A stretch of 63,706 nt of DNA, the filler included, from Octopus bimaculoides (taxonomy: Eukaryota), in NCBI RefSeq assembly GCF_001194135.2. It is 6 parts of 5 records of this genome, joined end to end, with 100 filler letters (N's around TTAATTAATTAA, not from the genome) between each part and the next. Parts side by side here need not be neighbours in the genome. Positions count along the whole stretch, not along the records: positions 28,482 to 57,856 come from NC_068986.1; positions 57,957 to 61,903 come from NW_026417647.1; positions 62,004 to 63,706 come from NC_068984.1; 3 more parts are not named here. One strand, given 5' to 3'. Within the stretch, counting starts at the first letter, position 1, and each line of letters opens with the position of its first letter. The position numbers and the translations under genes are program-made. The notes under the pieces were generated by a model. The model did not search any database. It was given only the letters and a program-made list of their open reading frames with translations, and had not been told where the DNA came from. This document shows positions 54,481-63,706 of this stretch, one piece after another.

Positions 54481-54597
54481 AATCAGACTGGAGCCTGGTG
54501 TTGCCATCCGGTTTCACCAGTCCTCAGTCAAATCGTCCAACCCATGCTAGCATGGAAAGCGGACGTTAAACGATGATGATGATGATGATGATGATGA
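54481..54597 (+). mobile_element. RTE-type LINE/SINE 3' end with (GAT)n tail
   Basis: AATCGTCCAACCCATGCTAGCATGGAAAGCGGACGTTAAACGATGATG; the same end occurs at 55552-55620 and 59465-59775. Confidence 0.75.
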
Positions 54598-54692
54598 ATA
54601 CCTCTGTCACTAATAAACTTACATACCTTCCTTTTCTCGCTCTAATTGCCACAAAAACGCCATTCAACCAGATGGCAAATAAAAATTATCCA

Positions 54693-54910
54693 GGTTTAGG
54701 ACGAATGTTGCTGTAATTTAGCCCCAGGAGATATCGTCTCCAGCTGGCTGTATGACACGATCTGTGCCCTTACATTTTCAAACAAGGGAATCCAGCTGAG
54801 TGGGGTGCTAGATTCCCTTGTTTGAAAATATAAGGACACAGATCGTGTCGTATAGCCAGCTGGAGACGATATCTCCTGGGGCTAAATTACAGCAACATTC
54901 ATCCTAAACC
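54693..54910. mobile_element. Fold-back MITE, 104-bp arms and 10-nt loop
   Basis: Arms 54693-54796 and 54807-54910 differ at 6 positions by my count. Confidence 0.85.
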
Positions 54911-55551
54911 AGGACTGCCATGTTATGTTGGCAAACAATCTTTACTACAAAGTACTGTTGCTGAATATTTCTCGTTGTGAGATTTTAAAATAGTAATTTT
55001 CTAAAAATTATTCAGCTTTATTTTCTGATAGTCAGAACAAACGATATATTCATGGTTATATATTTTTATACACCTCCCTCAATCTACCTGCTCGCTATAA
55101 CACACACGAAAGAACACTTCCTACAATATAATAAACCCCTGCAAAAAAAAAAAAAAATGAAAGAGACTGAGACAAACTTATTCCCTATAAAACCCCTCCA
55201 TTTACCAAAATATCACAGTCTGAGGATTCCTGTCAGTGATGAAACTACCAGTCATTTATGAGGTACCCAACTTTCCAATACTCACAATAAAACTTTGGCT
55301 CTATGCATTTATTTCTCTCTTTCTTAGAGATAGGTGTACTACTAAGTACACAATACTTACTCTCATATATATATATANNNNNNNNNNATATATATGTATA
55401 TATATATATGTATATATATGTATATATATATATATACTCACACACACTGAAACACACAAGCAAATATATATATATATATATTCTTTACTTTGTTATATAT
55501 ATACATATACATATATATATGCATACATATATACATATATATATATATTCC

Positions 55552-55620
55552 CCAGTCCTCAGTCAAATCGTCCAACCCATGCTAGCATGGAAAGCGGACG
55601 TTAAACGATGATGATGATGA
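55552..55620 (+). mobile_element. Very short RTE-type 3' end
   Basis: 60 nt identical to the 54481 and 59465 copies, plus a GAT tail. Confidence 0.75.
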
Positions 55621-55901
55621 TATATATATATATACACACACACATACACATATACATCCTTTAGTTCATTATATGCATGTGTATATACATATATATATAT
55701 GCACACACACACATAAATATTTGTTGAGTGAAATTTTTTTCATGGATATTGAAAAGTTCAATATCTCATAAGGACTTGTAGCTTTAACACTGACCGGAAT
55801 CAACAAACTGTGACATTTTGACAAACGGTGGCTTTTATTGATAAGAAATGAGTTTGACTCTGTGGTGTGTATCCACATATTATGGTGCTTGGGTTTGTTG
55901 C

Positions 55902-55937
<36 letters not shown>

Positions 55938-56328
55938 TGAGAATTTACAAAAACAACAAAAGACAAAGACAGGTGTGTAATCAACAAACAGATGTATTAG
56001 TTTAATGCTCAGGAAGTGAGAAAGTCTTTTACGTTTCAAGCCTAGGCTCTTCGACAGAAAGGAACACAGAAATAAACAGGGAGAGAAAATAGAAAATATA
56101 TATATATAATTATAATTAGGGGCTGAAAAGAAACACTAAATCATCTGAACACTTTAAGTCATCACATATGTGATGACTTAAAGTGGTTAGATGATTTAGC
56201 ATCTCTTTTCAGCATATAGGTATAGTATTTTTCTATGGCCTTAATTATAATTATAATTATATATGTATTCACCTTAATAGGTCTGTTTTATATACTGGCC
56301 ACTAACATGATTTTATCCTTTATTATTA

Positions 56329-56406
<78 letters not shown>

Positions 56407-57956
56407 AAAAACAGTTTGACTCAGCTCCACATGACTTTGATGAGTGTAAACACATGTAGGACACATTCCATTCAGCAGCTGTTCTTATCTGATGAGATGG
56501 GTGTGTCCTGGACACCCTTGAAACTTTAAGTCATGTGGAGCTGGGCTCAAACTGCTATTAACTCCTACAAAATGTGTGAAGTGCTACTTTCTTATGTTAT
56601 ATATATGTGTGTGCGTGTGTGTGTGTATTCATGAGTGTATATGGAGACAGTAAAGACTCATGACTGTTGTGCCAGGTCTCCCGACATCAGAGAAAACCTT
56701 AACATCTACAAAACATTCAACATCTTAAGGGGACTGAAATGACAAACCATGGCAATTGATGCAGTTGTCTTGGCTGTCATCGAAAAGGTTGCTGCAGCAG
56801 GTTGATATCTGAAAATATAAAGGATGGACTGAAAGGGATTATGTAACAGTTGTTATGCAACATGATGTACAATAGAAGGAATACTGACAGACATGACTAC
56901 AAACTCACTCAGTTAACATATTTAATTCTCCAACAGATGATATCTGTGTACGAATTTGTTTCTCAATGTTTATATATTCTAACAATACCAAATTAACAAA
57001 TGTTTTTCAAGTGGATGGTGTCGTTCAGCTATTTATTCTCTAAGCAAATCTTTTTTATCACAACCAAAGTACAATCTCATTAATTTACTCATTGATTCTT
57101 TTATAACTACTTTAATAAGTTTAACATAAGTTATATTTTTCTAAGGAGGTCAGAATAAAACTGAAATATGTTTCAAGTTGTCTCTCTTATCAGAAAAATT
57201 AATATATACTTAGTCATCAATACTACCATCTTTGTTTTTCTTGTCATACATGTATTTTTCCCCACCTCTTACATGTAGCTATCACTCTCTCCCCTATTTT
57301 TCACCTTCTCTAACCAAATCATCACAATCTTTCCTGCCATCACTCTGATATTCAAATTCCCTCAACTTCAACATTCTTGGTTGTTGTCACTCTCCATCAC
57401 TTTAGTCTCCCAGGGAACAAAGACACCTCACTAGTGTTGGTGCCATAGTAAAATGCACCCAGTAAGTGCTGTACAGTGGTTGGTGTTTGAAAAGACACAA
57501 CATACAGTAGACAGGATTCTTTAATCGCATCAGGGGCAAGGCAATCTTTTTGTACTGGTGCTATAATGCAATGCACCCAGAACATTCTGCAAATTGGTTT
57601 CTGTTAGGAAAGGCATCTATCTGTTGAAACTGTGCCCCACCCCACAAAACAGAAGATACAAGCAAGAAGCAGTCTACCTGTTGATCAAGATGAGCAATGA
57701 CTCTAAATAAGTTATGACTTGAAGCATGGTGACCTGTCCAACACAAGTCAGCATGGAAGGTGGACATAAAGTGATGAGGAATATGATCAGCAATTAATAT
57801 GTAAACACTAGTATGATATCCATCCATCCATATATATATATATATATATATATATANNNNNNNNNNNNNNNNNNNNNNNNNNNNNNNNNNNNNNNNNNNN
57901 TTAATTAATTAANNNNNNNNNNNNNNNNNNNNNNNNNNNNNNNNNNNNNNNNNNNN

Positions 57957-57998
57957 CGGACCCCCTGTGGTCCGCGGACCACAGTTTGAAAACCCCTG
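57957..57998. mobile_element. hAT-like MITE terminus
   Basis: GGTCCGCGGACCACAGTTTGAAAACCCCTG, typical of Charlie-like hAT ends; the rest is lost in a gap. Confidence 0.55.
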
Positions 57999-58002
57999 GT
58001 CT

Positions 58003-58625
58003 GGAGAACTATAAGAGTGGACTAAGAACTTATCCCTGGTAAACTCCAACTTGTATGCTAAATTCATCACCATATTCAAGGCCAACTCTCACCTTACTGA
58101 CAGCATCGCTGTACATGGCTTGTACAACTCTAACAAGCCACTCCTCTACTCCTAGATTTCTTAAAGACCTAATTAGTATCTCTCTGTAATTTTCATGACC
58201 TGGTCCGACAGTCTGATACCTCTGTAGTTGTTTGTATCTAAGGCATCACCTTTACCCTTATAACAGCTGACTATAATACTGCGAAACCAGTCTTCAGGGA
58301 TAACACCTTCCTGAATAACCTGATTAACCATGTGAGTGACTAAGCTGTATCCCATACTGCCTGATATTTTAATCATCTCGGCAGTGACACCCGATGGTCC
58401 AGGGGCTTCCCCTGCCTTCATATCCTTAATTGTCTTATCTACTAAACTGCTATCCACTCTGATGGCTGGTCCCTCAATTGGTTCAATATTTGAAAGGCTC
58501 CCCTTTTCCTAATCATTCTCCACATTTAACAGTCTTTCGTAGTGGTATCTTCCATGCATTTTTCCTTTTCTGGGTTACTAACTACAAGCATACCATTATC
58601 CACTCGCACACATTTCTCTGTTCTC
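58003..58625 (-). mobile_element. RTE-clade LINE reverse-transcriptase fragment
   Basis: HYERLLNVEND..MKAGEAPGPSGVTAEMIK..IPEDWFRSIIVSCYKGKGDALDTNNYRGIRL..SLRNLGVEEWLVRVVQAMY..VGVYQG*VLSPLL. Confidence 0.9.
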
Positions 58626-59464
58626 TCTGATACACTGCTTTGCAATCTACTCACAGAAGAAGAGTATAGTCAGCTAGGGAAGAAAGTCATGTACGTTCAG
58701 ACTGAAGCAGTGGGCAGGCAGGCAGGCAGGCATAACACGTTAGCAAAGATGGATGCTGTTTTTAACATAACATCAATATTTAAAACATTATTATTATTAA
58801 ATTCAAATTACGATAAACGTAAACAAACAAACGAAGTTTGCTTTTAGAAGCGTTGAGATGTCTTAGAAAATTAAAGAAGTGATTTTTAAATTCTCAATCG
58901 CAGGATAATGCTAATAATATAGCCTGAACAGGATAAACTACCCCTATTTTGCAGAAAAAAGGTGTGGGCAGCCAGCCATGAGTCACGAATCACACCTCCG
59001 TGATTACGCGTCGTGATTCTCCTGACCATTTGAGCTAAACTGCCCAACCATGTCTCATGGCTGGCCGCCCACACTTTTTTCTGCAAAATACTGATAGTTT
59101 ATCCTGTTCAGGCTATATTATTAGCATTANNNNNNNNNNNNNNNNNNNNNNNNNNNNNNNNNNNNNNNNNNNNNNNNNNNNNNNNNNNNNNNNNNNNNNN
59201 NNNNNNNNNNNNNNNNNNNNNNNNNNNNNNNNNNNNNNNNNNNNNNNNNNNNNNNNNNNNNNNNNNNNNNNNNNNNNNNNNNNNNNNNNNNNNNNNNNNN
59301 NNNNNNNNNNNNNNNNNNNNNNNNNNNNNNNNNNNNNNNNNNNNNNNNNNNNNNNNNNNNNNNNNNNNNNNNNNNNNNNNNNNNNNNNNNNNNNNNNNNN
59401 NNNNNNNNNNNNNNNNNNNNNNNNNNNNNNNNNNNNNNNNNNNNNNNNNNNNNNNNNNNNNNNN

Positions 59465-59775
59465 AAGGACTTTCGAGTGAGATCGTTGCCAGTGCCCCTG
59501 GACTGGCTCTTGTGCGGGTGGCACATAAAATACACCATTTTGAGCGTGGCCGTTGCCAGTACCGCCTGACTGGCCTTCGTGCAGGTGACACGTAAAAGCA
59601 CCCACTACACTCTCTGAGTGGTTGGCATTAGGAAGGGCATCCAGCTGTAGAAACTCTGCCAGATCAGATTGGAGCCTGGTGTAGCCATCTGGTTTCACCA
59701 GTCCTCAGTCAAATCGTCCAACCCATGCTAGCATGGAAAGCGGACGTTAAACGATGATGATGATGATGATGATGA
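59465..59775 (+). mobile_element. RTE-type retroelement 3' region, young
   Basis: GTAAAAGCACCC..TTAGGAAGGGCATCCAGCTGTAGAAAC..GGACGTTAAACGATGATG. Confidence 0.8.
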
Positions 59776-60225
59776 CTAACATGAAACATAGAAAAACTTG
59801 TATTATTCTAAGCTACATAATTTCAGATAAACATAAGAAATTAGGTGGGGCTGGAATGCTCAATAGGAGAAAGATTAAATGGGATTACATTAGATTAAAA
59901 TAAACTTAGCCTCTGTTTTCACTTTCAAGCAGATAATGTAAACATACTATTTCTATATAACATATTAGTTAAGATGGACAGAAATAAATACATACCAAAA
60001 TATAGGGATTTGCCTGATACATTATCCTTTCCCTTGGATAACACTGGTGGTGTGGAGTGGGGAGGCCGGTATGCACGGGCGACTGCTGGTCTTCCATAAA
60101 CAACCTTGCCCGGACTTGTGTCTGGGTGGGTAGCTTTCTTGGTGCAAACCCATGGTCAGTCATGACCGAAGGGGGTTTTTAAAGTGGGGGATAAAATCAT
60201 GTGCGTGCTCACACACACACATAAA

Positions 60226-60380
60226 CTGACTTCTTTTAGTTTCCATCTACCAAATCCACTCACAAGGCTTTGGTCAGCCCAAGGCTAGAGTAGAAGACAC
60301 TTGCCCAAGATGCCACACAATAGGACTGAACCCGGATCCCTGTGGTTGGGAAGCAACCTTCTTTCCACACAGCCACACCT
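60226..60380 (-). mobile_element. Family A SINE head, CpG-decayed, about 100 nt upstream of the PRODH exon
   Basis: Aligns to 181-338. Confidence 0.85.
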
Positions 60381-60483
60381 TTGCATATACATGATGTGTG
60401 TGTTAAATCTGATGTCTGTTGATAGAGATATTGTTGTTTTTGTTGTTGGTGTACTTTATAGCTTGCTTTGTTTAATATTTCAG

Positions 60484-60576
60484 ACAGGTGAAGCAGAGTC
60501 CCTAATCACTGCCCTTACTGAAGAGGAAGAGAACCAGATGAAAAATATGTTATACAGAATCAACAAAATTGCCAAG
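60484..60576 (+). CDS. PRODH: Internal coding exon of mitochondrial proline dehydrogenase (proline oxidase 1)
   Basis: Acceptor tttaatatttcag| and donor AAG|gtatgt flank 93 bp (phase 0-0) encoding TGEAESLITALTEEEENQMKNMLYRINKIAK. This aligns without gaps to the human PRODH segment TGQLEPLLSRFTEEEELQMTRMLQRMDVLAK (31 aa, recalled from memory). Confidence 0.85.
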
Positions 60577-61228
60577 GTATGTTTTTGATGTTGATGTTGA
60601 TGGTTGTGGTGGTTGCAACAGTGATGGGAGCTGCTGCTCTTGTGTTGTAAGGATAATATCAGTGCTCTAAACCAGCGGATTTCAACCTGGGCCCATATGA
60701 CCTTTGGGTCAGGGATGGGGTTAAGTCCATATAAGGTGTCGTTGTTAGAATTTATTTTCAATAAATTGGCTATACTTCTGCACTAAACAAACTATTTGTT
60801 GTAGAGTGAAACTGTACACCCCTCCCAGTAAAAAGTGGTAGTAGCCAGCCATTATAAATAGACCAGTAGCCAGTTGATAGAAAGGTCAGGAAGGTTGAGT
60901 GTAGACTGTGTTGATAGTCGTGTCTGTGCTGATATAGTAATTATATCGCGATACTGAGTGAACATTATGCTGATCCAACCTTTTGAGGATAATAACAGTG
61001 TTATGACTGGGGGTCGTGCAGTGCTAGATAGAAACATTCTATCAATGACTTATGTATTTAACAATATTCTGTCAAAGTGACAACCATTGTCAAAAGACAG
61101 ATACAACAATTATAAAAGATGGCTTTACAACACGATTTTAACAAGTTTTTATCAAATTCCTAATAATTTTTTACTTGTTTCAGTCATTAGACTGTGGCCA
61201 TGCTGAGGTAACAGACACGCACACACAC

Positions 61229-61266
<38 letters not shown>

Positions 61267-62399
61267 TATATACTTTTATAAAACAAAATTTTACAAAATA
61301 TATAGTATCTGTTAACAGTCTTAGCAAAACCCCACAGGTGAGTTTTTGTATATATATATATATATATATATATGTCTCTTAAAAGATAGAGCTCAAAATC
61401 GATGCATTGAAGATACTTTATTGCAGCAACAATTACAATAGCAGTAACAACCACAATAAGCCAAACCTATGCACATTTCAATAGGGTATCCAGGATAAAT
61501 AAACCACATCATAAAATGCCTCATAAAATATTACAACTTATTACAAATTACAAATTATAGATTGCTGGATACTCCATCTCTTCAGGGTCGCATTATTGCC
61601 TTCACCAACACTACTATTATTAGCAAGACACATATATCAAAGAGGGTGAAAGAATAATCGACGGTACGCAACCTACCATCGTTATTTTCTTTCAGAATGT
61701 AAACAAACAAATCAAATCAAACCCAGTGACGTACACCGCCCGGTTTACAGCGTAAAAATCCCCTGCCAAAAATTTTTCCCCATATACATCAAGATTTCCT
61801 AATGGATCTTTCTATAACCATAATATATTAACTATACCCACCCGTACGGACGGACACACACACATACACATATATATCTATACATACATACACACACACA
61901 TATNNNNNNNNNNNNNNNNNNNNNNNNNNNNNNNNNNNNNNNNNNNNTTAATTAATTAANNNNNNNNNNNNNNNNNNNNNNNNNNNNNNNNNNNNNNNNN
62001 NNNATATATATATATATATATACTAGAGTTAGAGAATGATAAGATCATTCCTTAGATAAGAACCGGGCTACATATGGTTCATAGCGAGCGGAACCTCCGA
62101 AACATATGTAGCCCGGATCTTATCAACTCCATTCCTTAACTCTTGTATTCTATCTTAACTCTTGTATTCGCAATGCGCGCAACCCTGGTTGCCTACTGTG
62201 AAATATAAAAATTTTTTTTTCAATTCATTGTACTTCGATACGAAAAAGTAATCCACAACCTTCCTTTTCAATAAACCACTATTGTCCCTGAAAGTTACTT
62301 TTTATATTTACTACGGATTGCTTGAAGCTAACTTTCTTCCTACACCTCGATCCTATAGTAAAGATTAAATAATGTATAACGTTCCATATACTTTAAGTT

Positions 62400-63200
62400 T
62401 CAGGTTCAATAACTTACGATATTGTTTCTATATTAACGACGGGTTCTAAATCTTTCGAAACATAAACGCACAAGACATCTTCTGCAAACAATTCACCAAA
62501 ATCTTTCAAACACTTGAGGAGAATTGCTGTAGGCAATAACGTAACTACAATCAAATCTCTTGTTTTAATATTAGTTCACACCAGTTCCTAGTTATATTCC
62601 TAGTTATCGCAGTTTCTATCTGTCAAAAAGAAAAAAAAAACAGAACTCAATTATCAATAACTTTGTTAAAAACTTAAAAATACGTTTAACCTCATCCCCT
62701 TCAGTCTCAATGTACTTTTCCACTTTGCCGACAACATCAAGTTATAAACACACATCAAGCAAAACCCCAATTAGACAAAAATATAAAACTAAGCTAAAAC
62801 TGTAATTTTACTTTGTTAATCTAAATCAACTGGCATCAACACTTGAAATCTCTTTCTCTCACAGACAACATCTTATCGTGCTGCTGTACAACTCTACAAG
62901 ATTCCCTCCAAACAGGTCTCGTTTGACTAAGTGCATCGTATATTGTGTCGATAGTTTTGCCAACATCATCTCCATACCTAGCCGTTGCATTAGCTTTGCA
63001 GCCGACATATTCAAGTCTAAACTCATCCAACGTGTCGTGTCTATTGATTGAGAAACAAAACAAGAACAAACAGACCTTCAAATGAAAAATATCAAGTGAA
63101 ATATATCAGATCTTGAAAAGCCTTGCATACAAAATGGACCTTGCAACCTCTGCATCTCAGAAAAATTGGCCATTTTGTTTTACAAAAGAACAGTCCTAAA
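62400..63200 (+). mobile_element. Penelope-like element relic (GIY-YIG endonuclease region)
   Basis: RLTKCIVYC..CISFAADIFKSKL and NGPCNLCISEKLAILF..VLN (63142-63177) match the PLE motifs CL...IVY..YIG...FK.R and CNLC..EK..I..LLN. Confidence 0.6.
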
Positions 63201-63438
63201 CATTTAGTCATAGTTAGTATCATTCTATATGCACGGGTTAAATATTCTCTAAAAATCTTGAAACCTATTGGATAATACCACGAATCATACTCGAAAGTTC
63301 AGATATCATTAAGTTATCTAATTTATTCTTTCATGCTAATCGTAATATTTCTTGACCTCCACCAATCTCATGACGTTCCTCAAAACCATGCCACGATCAA
63401 CTACCTTATGCAAACACACACACCATCGTTATCATCAA

Positions 63439-63496
<58 letters not shown>

Positions 63497-63706
63497 GTTC
63501 AGTAGTTTTATTTTTATAACGTGCTTTCACTTCACTACCGAGCGCAGCTCTGTGCGCCTTGGGTATGTGCTGTGGTTTGCTGTGGTGCTCTTATGTTTAC
63601 TGTATTGAAAGTGTTTTGCGTAGAATGTGTGCAGTACCCAGTAGTGCAATTTTCTGTATGTTATATGTATTTGTAAGTCCTGGTATTTTTGTTATGTATT
63701 TGTCTG

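Noticed and set aside
56748-56808. Possible 61-bp minus-strand exon (ISTCCSNLFDDSQDNCINCH or YQPAAATFSMTAKTTASIAM)
   Set aside because: Two open frames and no recognisable family; cannot be supported.
62836-63081. Minus-strand 81-aa ORF
   Set aside because: Antisense to the Penelope GIY-YIG relic on the + strand.
1-63706. CRISPR array, rRNA, prokaryotic operon or viral insertion
   Set aside because: No regularly spaced repeat-spacer units, no rRNA-like sequence and no gene-dense segment.

Overview
This is AT-rich, repeat-saturated eukaryotic genomic DNA with many N gaps and five artificial 100-bp spacers (44N-TTAATTAATTAA-44N). The SINE families, dense microsatellites and spacer style point to an octopus (coleoid cephalopod) draft assembly; this is inference from recalled repeat families, not a database result. 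Only one host coding exon is well supported: a 93-bp internal exon of mitochondrial proline dehydrogenase (PRODH) at 60484-60576 (+). No other PRODH exon was found. The rest is transposon debris: at least three tRNA-headed SINE families; LINE fragments (Tx1/L1-like, RTE, R4/Dong-like, HERO-like, CR1-like); Penelope-like relics; DNA transposon relics (Chapaev3-like, mariner, Tc1, hAT end); and several MITE-like hairpins. Nearly all long ORFs in the supplied track are microsatellite or gap artefacts. There is no CRISPR array, rRNA or intact tRNA. I did not find a convincing novel multi-gene system. The best lead is a tRNA-headed short retroelement with a Penelope-type tail, a minimal hammerhead-ribozyme motif and an inverted tail copy (23893-24218). 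Family names come from remembered motifs and need Dfam/Repbase confirmation; boundaries of degraded elements are approximate.
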